Below, piece by piece: positions 9,077 to 18,818 of a stretch of DNA of 64,000 bases. The first letter of the stretch is position 1. Every line of letters starts with the position of its first letter. Location of the stretch: assembly GCA_021325575.1 (NCBI GenBank), contig JAJPGW010000004.1, forward strand, positions 42,633 to 106,632, written 5' to 3'. The position numbers were made by a program, and so were the translations under genes. This DNA comes from Gammaproteobacteria bacterium. Its GTDB lineage: Bacteria; Pseudomonadota; Gammaproteobacteria; DSM-16500. Under the pieces are notes generated by a model. The model was not told where the DNA came from. It saw only the letters and a program-made list of their open reading frames with translations, and ran no database searches.

Positions 9077-10291
9077 ATGAATGATTTTGCCCGTTTAAAA
9101 CGCTTGCCGCCCTATGTCTTCAGCATCATGGAGCAGCTAAAAACTGAGAAAAAAAAGTCTGGCGCGCCTGTTTTTGATTTTGGCATGGGGAATCCCGATC
9201 AACCGACGGCACCGCATATTATTGATGCCTTGCGCGAAGCATGTCTTGATCCTGCGACCCATCGCTATGCGCCGACCCGAGGTATTTTGCCGTTACGAAA
9301 AAGCATCTGCGATTGGTATCGCAACCGATTTCATGTCGACCTCGATCCAGAACAAGAAGCGATTGTGACTATCGGTTCCAAAGAGGGGCTAGCGCATTTA
9401 GCCATGGCGACCACCGCCGAAGAAGACACGGTTTTAGTACCGAATCCTTGTTATCCCGTGCATCAATTTGGTTTTGTCATGGCAGATGCGAAAATCCAGC
9501 ATATTCCATTATTGCCACAAATTGATTTTATTGAGGTGTTGCGAAAATCCATCGATGCCGCCTTTCCGCGCCCAAAAATGTTAATTTTAAATTTTCCAGC
9601 CAATCCTACAACGCAATGCGTCGATCTCGCTTTTTTTACCAAAATTATTAACATCGCCAAAGAATATAATATCTGGGTGGTGCACGATTTAGCCTATGCC
9701 GATATTGTATACGATGGATATAAAGCGCCTTCTATTTTGCAAGTCCCCGGCGCCAAAGAAATTGCGATTGAATCGTACACACTTTCAAAAAGTTACAACA
9801 TGGCCGGCTGGCGTATTGGATTTATGTGCGGAAATTCCGAATTAGTGACAGCGCTCGCGCGCATTAAATCTTACCTGGATTATGGCTCTTTTGCTGCCGT
9901 TCAAATGGCAGCCATTGCTGCATTATCGGGCCCACAAGATTGTGTAAAAGAAACCTGTTCCATTTATCAAAAACGCCGCGATGTCTTGTGCAAAGGTTTA
10001 AATGAAGCGGGCTGGGCAGTGGATGTGCCGGAAGCTACCATGTTTGTTTGGGCCAAAATTCCAGAACCGTTTCAACATCTCGGTTCATTTGAATTTTCCA
10101 AATTATTATTGCAGGAAGCTGATGTCGTTGTTTCACCTGGAATTGGTTTTGGCGAATACGGCAATCATTATGTCAGAATCAGTCTCATTGAAAACGAACG
10201 CCGCATCGGAGATGCTTTGCAACGCATTCAGCATTTTATGCGCGGTGATTTTTCTATTCCAAAACGTATTGAATTTGAGGTGCCAGCATGA
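9077..10291 (+). CDS. pyridoxal phosphate-dependent aminotransferase (class I/II, AlaA-like)
   Basis: LPPYVFS...FGMGNPD...NPCYP...NFPANPT...SKSYNMAGWRIG (PLP-lysine context). Confidence 0.85.
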   Translation: MNDFARLKRLPPYVFSIMEQLKTEKKKSGAPVFDFGMGNPDQPTAPHIIDALREACLDPATHRYAPTRGILPLRKSICDWYRNRFHVDLDPEQEAIVTIGSKEGLAHLAMATTAEEDTVLVPNPCYPVHQFGFVMADAKIQHIPLLPQIDFIEVLRKSIDAAFPRPKMLILNFPANPTTQCVDLAFFTKIINIAKEYNIWVVHDLAYADIVYDGYKAPSILQVPGAKEIAIESYTLSKSYNMAGWRIGFMCGNSELVTALARIKSYLDYGSFAAVQMAAIAALSGPQDCVKETCSIYQKRRDVLCKGLNEAGWAVDVPEATMFVWAKIPEPFQHLGSFEFSKLLLQEADVVVSPGIGFGEYGNHYVRISLIENERRIGDALQRIQHFMRGDFSIPKRIEFEVPA

Positions 10292-10548
10292 ACCCAGAGT
10301 TAAAACATTTTTTACCTTTTAAAAGCGTCGCGATCGCATTATTATTCAGCATTCTTTTTGGGCCGCTCGGTGTGCTTTATTCCACGGTATCAGGCGGAAT
10401 TGTGATGATAGTGATCGGTTTCATTGTGATTTGTGACAAATTTATGGTGCCGCTGGTTTTAGTTTGGCTTTTGTCTTGCATCGTAAGCGTCATAGCGGTC
10501 AATCGCTACAACAAAAGAATTTGGCTAGAACGTAACAAATCGAATTAA
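10288..10548 (+). CDS. small two-TM membrane protein
   Basis: 86 aa with two long hydrophobic helices. ATGA overlap with the aminotransferase stop suggests translational coupling. Confidence 0.45.
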   Translation: MNPELKHFLPFKSVAIALLFSILFGPLGVLYSTVSGGIVMIVIGFIVICDKFMVPLVLVWLLSCIVSVIAVNRYNKRIWLERNKSN

Positions 10549-10574
10549 TTGATAAAAAAAGAAAAGGATGTCCA

Positions 10575-12293
10575 GTGAAAAAAAAAATAATAAGACGTCA
10601 AAGCGACAATACCCATTTTGATCATCCATTGCATCCTGTTTTACAGCGTATTTATCGCTCGCGGGGCATTCAATCGATTGCAGAGCTCGAACATCAATTA
10701 GAAAAATTACTGCCTTTTCAGGATTTATTAAATATTGATAAAGCCGTCGCGTGTCTTGCTGAATCATTAATGTGTCAGGAAAACATTCTGATCGTCGGCG
10801 ATTTTGATGCGGATGGTGCAACGAGTACCGCAGTGGCGGTGCGTGCATTAAAAAGTTTTGGCGCAGAAAAAGTCGGATTTTTAGTTCCCAACCGTTTTGC
10901 ATTTGGTTATGGACTCACGCCAGAATTAGTGAACGTTGCAAAAGATCTGGATCCCGCACTGATTGTGACAGTGGATAATGGTATTTCCAATCATGCCGGT
11001 GTGAAAGCCGCAAAAGACGCAGGGATTAAAGTCGTTATAACCGATCACCATTTAGCAGCCGAAACGCTGCCTGAGGCCGATGCCATTGTAAACCCCAATC
11101 AACCCGGCGATCGATTTTCCAGTAAAAATATTGCAGGCGTTGGCGTTATTTTTTATGTGATGCTGGCTTTGCGACGCTATTTATTAGAAAAAAAATGGTT
11201 TCAGGAAAAAAATATCGCTGAACCTAATATGTCGCGCTTGCTGGATATTGTGGCTCTCGGCACAGTCGCCGATGTCGTGCCACTCGATCACAATAATCGC
11301 ATTTTAGTTTCACAAGGATTGCGGCGAATTCGCGCCGGACTTTGTGTGCCTGGCATTACAGCCCTGTTAGAAATTGCTAATCGTAATCAACCGCGACTGA
11401 TTGCAAGTGATTTGGGTTTTGCAGTCGCTCCGCGTTTGAATGCAGCGGGACGGTTGGAAGATATGTCGGTTGGCATCGAATGTCTTTTAACAGACAGTTT
11501 GCCTGAGGCGCGCGAATTAGCCAAACGTCTGGATCTTTTAAACGAAGAACGTCGCGTGATCGAACAAGACATGCAAGAACAAGCGTTTGCTGTTTTAAAA
11601 AAACTTCAGCCCGAACAAAAAAATCTGCCGCACGGTATCTGTTTATTCGAAGAAGAATGGCATCCGGGTGTAATAGGAATTGTCGCAGCACGTGTCAAAG
11701 ATCGTGTGCATAGACCCGTGATTGCTTTTGCATTGAGTGATAATAATGAATTAAAAGGCTCCGCTCGCTCAATTCCCGGTGTGCATATTCGAGATGTGTT
11801 AGCCGATATTGCGACAAAATATCCTGCGCTAATTTCAAAATTTGGCGGTCATGCGATGGCGGCCGGATTGACTGTACCGCGAGCTTCGTTCGAGCATTTT
11901 TCCAAAGCTTTTTCTGATTCGGTTTCCGCAAAAATGAATGACGATATGTTAAATCACGTGATTCAGAGTGATGGCGAATTACAAGATCAGGAATTAACAC
12001 TGGAATTAGCCGAGACCTTGCGCGAAGCAGGGCCGTGGGGCCAATCGTTTCCAGAACCCTTATTTGATGGTGTATTTGAGGTGATTGAGCAAAGACTGGT
12101 CGGAAGAAAACATTTAAAACTGGTTTTATCCAAAGATAATAAATTAATTGATGCGATTGCCTTCAATATTGATGTGAATGAATGGCCGAACTATCGTTGT
12201 AAGCAGGTCAATATTGCCTACCGCATGGATGTAAATGAATTTCGCGGCAAACGCAGTGTACAATTGATAGTAGAACATCTGGAAATTGCGTAA
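10575..12293 (+). CDS. recJ: single-stranded-DNA-specific exonuclease RecJ
   Basis: DHH motifs (ILIVGDFDADGATS, DNGIS, ITDHH) and DHHA1 (GGHAMAAG). GTG start. Confidence 0.95.
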   Translation: MKKKIIRRQSDNTHFDHPLHPVLQRIYRSRGIQSIAELEHQLEKLLPFQDLLNIDKAVACLAESLMCQENILIVGDFDADGATSTAVAVRALKSFGAEKVGFLVPNRFAFGYGLTPELVNVAKDLDPALIVTVDNGISNHAGVKAAKDAGIKVVITDHHLAAETLPEADAIVNPNQPGDRFSSKNIAGVGVIFYVMLALRRYLLEKKWFQEKNIAEPNMSRLLDIVALGTVADVVPLDHNNRILVSQGLRRIRAGLCVPGITALLEIANRNQPRLIASDLGFAVAPRLNAAGRLEDMSVGIECLLTDSLPEARELAKRLDLLNEERRVIEQDMQEQAFAVLKKLQPEQKNLPHGICLFEEEWHPGVIGIVAARVKDRVHRPVIAFALSDNNELKGSARSIPGVHIRDVLADIATKYPALISKFGGHAMAAGLTVPRASFEHFSKAFSDSVSAKMNDDMLNHVIQSDGELQDQELTLELAETLREAGPWGQSFPEPLFDGVFEVIEQRLVGRKHLKLVLSKDNKLIDAIAFNIDVNEWPNYRCKQVNIAYRMDVNEFRGKRSVQLIVEHLEIA

Positions 12294-12321
12294 TATAGTA
12301 TAAGGACAAAAAGGAAAGGCC

Positions 12322-13992
12322 ATGCGTTTTCTAATCAAATTATTGATTGTGCTATTGATCCTCTTCGGTGTGTCCGCGATTTGTTTGCCACCGCTGGTTG
12401 GATTAGGTATCCAGAAATACGCAGCTTACACTTCTTTTTTAAATAATGGCGACATCCAGGTCATCGATTATCAACGCAATTGGTATACTTCCGATGTGAC
12501 CTTTCGAGTGAAATTGATTAATCAAGATCTTGCTACTTCACTCGAACAATTTGGTGTTCCTAAAAATAATCTTCCCAATAATCTGCAAGTGATCGTTAAG
12601 GCCCATATTTTGCATGGCCCAATTTTTTCAGAACCGAGTCGTGCGCCCTTCCGTTGGGGTTGGGCATTTATCGACAGAAAAATGATTATCCCGCCGGAAT
12701 CGCAAAGCCTTTTTGCACAATACGGATTTAACGATTCAACAATCAAGATGAGTCAAAGCTATATCGATCTTTTGGGTCGTTACGAAGACAGTTTTGAAGT
12801 GGGAAATGTTTTCTTAGCTCTACCGAATAATGCACGTATGAGCGTGGGAGATGCCAGTGGATCGTTTTGGCATTGGCCTCTTTCAACGCGTTTCCAAGGT
12901 CTTGCGAAAGTAAACAATTTTTCCTTAGAAAATGACATGACACATCTTGCGATGTCTCGCGGCGTTTTTTCGTTTGATATGAAAAAAGACCCATCAGGCC
13001 TTTGGATTGGGAGTCAGACCGTTTCAGTGCCTGATTTGACCTTGCGTGATCAAAATAATCAAACCATTTTGATCAATGGCCTCAACATGAATGGTTTTCT
13101 GGATGTGAATGCGGTCGGTTTATTAGGCGGCGAGCGGCAATTTTCCATTCAGCAAATCAGCATCAATAATCAAGTGATCGGGCCTTTTCAGATGGATCTG
13201 GATGTCAATAAGTTGAATGCAAAAGCGATTTCCAATTTGGTTTCCGTTTATGAAGAAACGCTGCGCACCGGTGAAATGTATGAATCACAATTAAAAGATA
13301 AATTCATGGCGGCCATTCCGGCTATTGTGACACCGGGCGCTTATTTGCGTTTGAAAAAACTGGATCTCTTAACCCCTCAAGGCAGTCTGCATGCATTTGC
13401 ACGGATTTATTGGCCCGCTGAAAAATTTACCCGTCCTGATAATTTGCTTGATCTTTTACAAACAGGGCAAGTGCAGGCAACAGTACGAATTTCAAAAACA
13501 CTTGCGGAAGTGCTTATCCGGTTCTTTGGCGATGTCACCTATATTTATCAAATTCCACCTGACCAGCGCAGCGCTCTCGTTGCATTACAAGATGCCGTAC
13601 GCATGAATACCGAACAAAATACTTTTTTAATTATGGAATTAATCGATGAAAAAGAAATCGATAAATCCTACGGCCTCGATTTATTAAGTTTAGTAAAAAA
13701 TGCTGCTCCCATGGCCGATTATTTTGATTACGTTAAAGCTCTCTTAATGCAACGAAAAATTTCTCTTGAAGTCTCTTATCTTCTTGATTGGCAATATATG
13801 ACGTTAGTCCAGCAATTCGATATATTTTCACAAAACCTACAGCATTCGAAAGAATTAATCGAAGCTGAAATGCACGCCTCCCTCGATAACTTTTTAAAAC
13901 AAGGTTATGTCACACAAAATCAAACCGAGTATCTCATTAGCATCTCCCGCGAAGGCGGAGTGGTAAAAATCAATGGCAAGCCGATGAATTAG
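12322..13992 (+). CDS. YdgA/DUF945 family protein
   Basis: 556 aa with an N-terminal signal-anchor. Size and scattered motifs (HGPIF after the first beta block) resemble E. coli YdgA. Confidence 0.5.
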   Translation: MRFLIKLLIVLLILFGVSAICLPPLVGLGIQKYAAYTSFLNNGDIQVIDYQRNWYTSDVTFRVKLINQDLATSLEQFGVPKNNLPNNLQVIVKAHILHGPIFSEPSRAPFRWGWAFIDRKMIIPPESQSLFAQYGFNDSTIKMSQSYIDLLGRYEDSFEVGNVFLALPNNARMSVGDASGSFWHWPLSTRFQGLAKVNNFSLENDMTHLAMSRGVFSFDMKKDPSGLWIGSQTVSVPDLTLRDQNNQTILINGLNMNGFLDVNAVGLLGGERQFSIQQISINNQVIGPFQMDLDVNKLNAKAISNLVSVYEETLRTGEMYESQLKDKFMAAIPAIVTPGAYLRLKKLDLLTPQGSLHAFARIYWPAEKFTRPDNLLDLLQTGQVQATVRISKTLAEVLIRFFGDVTYIYQIPPDQRSALVALQDAVRMNTEQNTFLIMELIDEKEIDKSYGLDLLSLVKNAAPMADYFDYVKALLMQRKISLEVSYLLDWQYMTLVQQFDIFSQNLQHSKELIEAEMHASLDNFLKQGYVTQNQTEYLISISREGGVVKINGKPMN

Positions 13993-14074
13993 TGCCTCTT
14001 TTTAAGTTCGATCTTTCTAATAACATATTGATAAATCAATTAATTTTTTATTTTTATTTAATAATCATTGATCA

Positions 14075-14095
14075 TGATATCATTTTTTGATATCA
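14075..14095. promoter_or_regulatory. tandem TGATATCA palindromes, candidate HicB operator
   Basis: TGATATCA at 14075-14082 and at 14088-14095, 13 bp centre to centre. They lie 18 bp upstream of the hicA ATG, just before the AAGGAAAG Shine-Dalgarno sequence. Confidence 0.4.
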
Positions 14096-14112
14096 TTAAG
14101 GAAAGTGGATAA

Positions 14113-14367
14113 ATGAATAAGACACATCAAAAAACGTTGGAAACTATTTTTCGAAAGCCTGTTCCAAGTAATTTGGAATGGCGAAAGATAGAGGCTTTAT
14201 TTGAGGCATTAGGAGCGCAGACAATTGAGGGTGCCGGTTCAAGAGTTCGATTTGAACTCCATGGAGTGATTGCTATATTCCACAGGCCGCATCCAAAAAA
14301 GGAAGCTAAACACTATCAAGTTAGAGATGCAAAATCATTTCTTGAAAAAGCGGGAGTATTACCATGA
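14113..14367 (+). CDS. hicA: type II toxin HicA (mRNA interferase)
   Basis: 84 aa. The pattern ..W..IEALF.ALGA......GS.V.F.......FHRPHP.KE fits YcfA/HicA. 4-nt ATGA overlap with the downstream antitoxin. Confidence 0.75.
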   Translation: MNKTHQKTLETIFRKPVPSNLEWRKIEALFEALGAQTIEGAGSRVRFELHGVIAIFHRPHPKKEAKHYQVRDAKSFLEKAGVLP

Positions 14368-14690
14368 ATACAATGAGCTATAAAGGTTATGCAGCACGCA
14401 TAGAATATAGCGATGAAGATGACTGCTTTGTCGGTCATATAGCAGGAATCAATGATGTCATTGGTTTTCATGCGGATTCTGTAGCTAAATTGCATGTTGC
14501 TTTTGAAGAGGCTGTTGATGATTATCTTGAGACATGCAAAAAAGCGGGTAAATTACCTCAAAAACCTTATTCAGGACACATCATGCTTCGTGTTCCACCC
14601 GAGTTACATGCAAAAGTCGCAATGTTAGCTCAGGCACACGGGAAAAGTCTTAATTCCTGGGTGACGGAATTACTTTCTAGTGCAGATTAA
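14364..14690 (+). CDS. hicB: type II antitoxin HicB with C-terminal RHH/CopG-like DNA-binding tail
   Basis: YKGY.A.IEYS.EDDCFVGHI.GI.D.I.FH... then SG.IMLRVPPELH..VA.LA...GKSLN.WV. Confidence 0.8.
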   Translation: MNTMSYKGYAARIEYSDEDDCFVGHIAGINDVIGFHADSVAKLHVAFEEAVDDYLETCKKAGKLPQKPYSGHIMLRVPPELHAKVAMLAQAHGKSLNSWVTELLSSAD

Positions 14691-14734
14691 ATGGGATTAA
14701 ATGGGGTCAAATCCGGCTGGCTAAGAATCATTAG

Positions 14735-14863
14735 TATCAATCAGTTTTTATCAAAATGATTACGCTAGGAAAGGGAGGGCAAAGTGAGATTAATGATATA
14801 AAATTAACACGTTATGCCTGTTATCTGATCGCGCAAAATGGTGATCCGTGCCCCACAACTTGA
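14735..14863 (+). pseudogene. internal fragment of a DNA-damage-inducible protein D (DinD) type gene
   Basis: A 42-codon open stretch translates to ..[54 protein letters not shown] is the conserved DinD core as I recall it. The fragment has no start codon and no N- or C-terminal remainder. Confidence 0.55.
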
Positions 14864-14943
14864 CGCAACCTTCATTTTAATGTTATTTTTATCTCTATCT
14901 TTTTGGTCAAGTTGTTCTTCATCTTCGTCAGGTTTTTACGTCC

Positions 14944-15865
14944 ATGCTAAAATCATCAATTTTAAATAAAGTACTATTTTCTATATCCATCATTGTTATG
15001 CTTTGTTTTGCTGGTGATTTAGCCGCAAAAAGTCTAGGCAATACCGATGAGAAAATTCAAGTCGTAATCCAAAAAAAATCCCAGCGATATAAATAAAAGG
15101 GATATTTATCTCAAAAATAATCAAACTGGAAAGCAAAGCTTATTTATGACTATTACGGATGGCCATCAATATTATTATCGCCATGCTGAATACCATAATG
15201 GCAATGTTTATGTTGTCCGACGAATAGACAATCGTTTAGATATAAAGAATCCGCAATGGACAAATGAACTTTGGAGGTATTCCCCACAAAAGCCAGGAGT
15301 AAAATTGTATACCAGTCAAGGTATAGATTTTAGAGTCTCAGATGACGAGCAATTTATTGCTATTTCTGACCGAGATAAGAATTCTTTAAAAATAACAATC
15401 TTGAACAATGAAGGTAAAGCACTTAAATCGTTTCCGTTAGCCGGATTATATAAAGGGAACGATGAAATTACCTATTTAGAGTTACTTTCATGGGCCGATA
15501 ATATTCTTTGGCTAGATTGCGGAGCAACCGTACAGATTAAATCTATCGTTAAAATAGATGCAGACACTTTCAAAGTCAGCACTTTTGATCTATCAAAACT
15601 TGCTGTTTTTATAGATGATTTCACATTAAATCCAATCACCGGAAAAATTACGTTTAGTGATTATCCACCCATCTTTGACGCGGATACGCGAAATGCACTT
15701 ATTGCGAGCAAGAAAGAGATACATTTATTTGTATATGATTTACAAGCTCGTAAAAAACAAATGATCGCTGTTTCAACGGCTAAACAATTTCATCCGAAAT
15801 GGGTTGACGATAATACTATCGAATTTGAAAAGTCAGAAAGGCAAGAGCAAAGAGTAAGTGGTTAG
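14944..15865 (+). pseudogene. secreted protein gene split by a frameshift in an A8 run
   Basis: The 51-codon ORF at 14944-15096 encodes a Sec-type signal peptide (MLKSSILNKVLFSISIIVMLCFAGDLAAKS..). The frame of the 239-aa ORF at 15146-15865 is open back to 15068. Removing one A from A8 (15071-15078) joins the two. Confidence 0.65.
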
Positions 15866-15945
15866 CCACGCCTTTTTAGGGACCTGAGATTGATCTTCTT
15901 AGTGCTGGTGAAATTGTTTCTCAGGTTAAATTATAAATAAAATTT

Positions 15946-16022
15946 TGGCGCGCCCAGAGAGATTCGAACTCCCGACCACCTGGTTCGAAGCCAGGTACTC
16001 TATCCAGCTGAGCTATGGGCGC
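15946..16022 (-). tRNA. tRNA-Arg (anticodon UCG)
   Basis: 77-nt cloverleaf folded by hand: acceptor GCGCCCA/TGGGCGC, anticodon stem CCTGG/CCAGG, loop CTTCGAA, T-loop TTCGAAT. CCA is encoded. Confidence 0.9.
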
Positions 16023-16196
16023 GTTTGGAAAGTGCAATATTAGAGGAGTTAGGTTTCCCAGGCAAGCTCGATTAATGTGTCCTTTCGGCACGTCTGCGTG
16101 ACTTCTGCAACAGCTAACTACTTTCAATAAATATTCATTTCTTAACTAGAAAAGAAAGCGTTCAAAAATCCACCTGAAATTTGAACGCTAAAAACA

Positions 16197-16772
16197 TTAA
16201 CCTAATCTTGGGATATGGCTAAAAGATTTTGCAGGATTTTTGCTCAAAACCCTATAAGCGAATAAACCTAATAAAATTGCTCCGCCTGCAGCTGTGGTAA
16301 GAATTTTTCCTGTAGTCCAACTGTTAGGAGTGGAACCCTCTGCGACGCCTGCTTTTTCCTCACCTGCTTTTTTTTCTGGAGCATGTCTTTCAACTGTGCC
16401 ATGCTTGGATGCAAATTGTTTTACGCAATCGTCCCAAGCGCTTAGAAACGCTTTCTCTGCCTCCGCTTCAGTTTGCCCACTTATCGGAAATTTCTCAGAA
16501 AAACTTCCATATATTTCATTGAACTCCCCATAACCTATATCTATATCACCACAACTTAATGCAATGCTGAATTCAACTTCATTGGCGGCAAGTTCTGGAT
16601 TAATAGCAACAGTAGTCCTGATGAACTCATTATAAGGTTCATGATCTTTTTCCTTAAAAATTGAACGTAATTCAGTAGGGACGAGAGCTGGAAGATCAGA
16701 AAATGAAATGGAAACCTTTCCAGAAGCTTCAAATCGCTTTATCACATATAATGTTGCGGCAAATCTCTTCAT
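16197..16772 (-). CDS. tail-anchored hypothetical protein
   Basis: 191 aa. It has an acidic soluble domain, a lysine/glutamate linker (EKKAGEEKAG), and one C-terminal TM helix (ILTTAAGGAILLGLFAY). Confidence 0.45.
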   Translation of the reverse strand: MKRFAATLYVIKRFEASGKVSISFSDLPALVPTELRSIFKEKDHEPYNEFIRTTVAINPELAANEVEFSIALSCGDIDIGYGEFNEIYGSFSEKFPISGQTEAEAEKAFLSAWDDCVKQFASKHGTVERHAPEKKAGEEKAGVAEGSTPNSWTTGKILTTAAGGAILLGLFAYRVLSKNPAKSFSHIPRLG

Positions 16773-16931
16773 CTTTGAACCTCTCGTTTTATAATGACCT
16801 TGATCTTATATAATTCAAATCACTTCGGCAAATTTATCGTGTGTGACTTTTCAAAAAAGATCTTTTGATAATGGTGGCAAATATGCTTTATTATCATCAG
16901 AGCCATAGCTTGCACCTGCACCAAAAAGATA

Positions 16932-18362
16932 TTATTCGCAATTTAATAGCTGATCAAATTGAATAATTTTTGCAAAATAATCGCTATCTTCCAGTTCTTC
17001 ATGAATTCCATTCACATGAATTAGTATGGGTCTACAGGAAAAAGATCGGGGTCTTTTTAAACGTGTTATTTTTTCGCTCATATCTTTTATAATGTCTTTT
17101 TTTATTTCGTACTTGGAAAATTTAATTTCACAAACATAAAGACAATTAAATTTAGTTTGAATTAAATAATCAATTTGACAACCAGGTTGCCGTTCTGTTT
17201 TACGTTGAAAATAAGTTCCGTCTGAAATAATATCGTCAGGCCATATATTGAGTAATTTATGAATCGATCTTCTGTTATTTAACACGAGATTTTCAAATTG
17301 CAAACTCATAATTGTATTATATCCCGGGAAATTGATGAGACTTTTCTCTTCAAAAATACCAGACTCTATTTTTCTTTTATTGGGCTCAATATATTTTAAA
17401 TAAAATCTAAGATAATTATCTGATAAACGAAAATGGCTCAATTTAGATGTTTTTCCATCTTTAATACGCCAGGAAAAATCCCGAGAAATAAAGCCGGCTT
17501 TAGTAAGATCATCTAAATAATCGCTTATGTGACCGCTTGCCTCTCTATCTAACTCTTTTGCTATTTGATTGCGATCTGCAGAAGAGTCACCAAGACAAGT
17601 AACAATTTTTTTGTATAGGTTACTACGGGATGAGAATAAATCAGAAAATATTTGATCGAACTCATTAAATAGAATACCGCTTTTTTCAAAACAAAGTTGC
17701 CTTATATTTTCTTCAGCAGATAGATATGTTTTGATTTCTTCTAGATATCTAGGTATGCCCCCTGTTATAGCTAAAATTTTAAATTTCTCATAGGTAGATA
17801 GGGTCGAATGATTATCCCAAAATTTATTACAGTCTGATAAAGATAATTCCGGAAGAGTAAGCGTTAGAGATATTCGGCCCATAAAACCTGTGCTTGAAAG
17901 AATATTTTCTTCAATCCAAGAGGAAATAGAGCCACATAAAATTAATATTAGCTTTGGGTTTTGTTTGAAATAATTATCCCATACTGTTTTAAGCTTTCCT
18001 AAAAAATCTGGATCTTTTGAACCCATCCATGAAATTTCATCTAAAAGAATTACAACTCTTTCATTTTTTGTGTTTTCGGCAACAAACCATAATAAATCCC
18101 ACCAATCATTATTATTTTTAGGGAACGTTGTAAAATTTTTTTGGATTTGTTTTAAGAACGCGTCCCGTTGGGATTGCGCGGTGGTTTCTTGTGTTGGCGG
18201 CAAACCGGTAAAAGGGTAGAACTTATGATTCTTTGCGAACTCTTCGGCTAGCCTGCTTTTTCCTATCCTGCGACGACCTTTTAATACAATTAAGCTAGCA
18301 GAATTTTTTTTAAATGTATTTGTTAATTTGGACAATTCATTTTTTCTACCAATAAAATTCAT
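16932..18362 (-). CDS. AAA+ ATPase (Arch_ATPase-type) fused to a C-terminal PD-(D/E)xK-like DUF234 module
   Basis: F.GR..EL..L, then Walker A GRRRIGKS and Walker B VVILLDEISW. The C-terminal QIDYLIQT...LYVCEIKFS gives a D..E.K nuclease-like motif. ATG at 18362 chosen. Confidence 0.7.
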   Translation of the reverse strand: MNFIGRKNELSKLTNTFKKNSASLIVLKGRRRIGKSRLAEEFAKNHKFYPFTGLPPTQETTAQSQRDAFLKQIQKNFTTFPKNNNDWWDLLWFVAENTKNERVVILLDEISWMGSKDPDFLGKLKTVWDNYFKQNPKLILILCGSISSWIEENILSSTGFMGRISLTLTLPELSLSDCNKFWDNHSTLSTYEKFKILAITGGIPRYLEEIKTYLSAEENIRQLCFEKSGILFNEFDQIFSDLFSSRSNLYKKIVTCLGDSSADRNQIAKELDREASGHISDYLDDLTKAGFISRDFSWRIKDGKTSKLSHFRLSDNYLRFYLKYIEPNKRKIESGIFEEKSLINFPGYNTIMSLQFENLVLNNRRSIHKLLNIWPDDIISDGTYFQRKTERQPGCQIDYLIQTKFNCLYVCEIKFSKYEIKKDIIKDMSEKITRLKRPRSFSCRPILIHVNGIHEELEDSDYFAKIIQFDQLLNCE

Positions 18363-18495
18363 TTCTTTTATCCAAAATAATAAAAAAGTTATTCTCGTCC
18401 GATAATCGACAAATGTCAATTATCGGACGAGATAAATTAATGAACGGCCAAAAACAGGGAGAGTTATGCTGGCTAATTGATAATTATAGGTTTTC

Positions 18496-18572
18496 TGGCG
18501 CGCCCGGAGAGATTCGAACTCCCGACCCCCTAGTTCGTAGCCAGGTACTCTATCCAACTGAGCTACGGGCGC
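18496..18572 (-). tRNA. tRNA-Arg (anticodon ACG)
   Basis: 77 nt, a near-duplicate of the 15946 tRNA. Anticodon loop CTACGAA. CCA is encoded. Confidence 0.9.
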
Positions 18573-18644
18573 GTATGTAGATAGGAAAGTCGTGTATTAA
18601 AGCAATTAATGTTATGAAATTCAAGAATTTTCTTGGGTTTTCAA

Positions 18645-18679
18645 GAGATTGCTTCGGCACTTCGTGCCTCGCAATGACG
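18645..18679. repeat. half copy of the 855-936 palindromic element
   Basis: GAGATTGCTTCGGCACTTCGTGCCTCGCAATGACG shares AGATTGCTTC and CTCGCAATGACG with the first copy. It also holds its own GGCAC-TTC-GTGCC hairpin. Confidence 0.7.
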
Positions 18680-18694
18680 GGCAGAGGTTCTTAT

Positions 18695-18788
18695 TGGCGG
18701 AGAGAGAGGGATTCGAACCCTCGATGGAGGTTTAAGCCCCCATACTCCCTTAGCAGGGGAGCGCCTTCAGCCTCTCGGCCATCTCTCC
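18695..18788 (-). tRNA. tRNA-Ser (anticodon GCU)
   Basis: 94 nt with a long variable arm. Anticodon stem CTCCC/GGGAG, loop CTGCTAA. CCA is encoded. Its position downstream of csrA matches serV in E. coli. Confidence 0.9.
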
Positions 18789-18818
18789 AGGAATAGATTG
18801 GTAGTGCTGTGGTGATTG

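Noticed and set aside
14700-14735. GGGGTCAAATCCGGC, which resembles a tRNA T-loop (GGTTCAAATCC), as a possible att remnant of the hicAB islet.
   Set aside because: No complementary T-stem and no acceptor-like sequence could be found around it.
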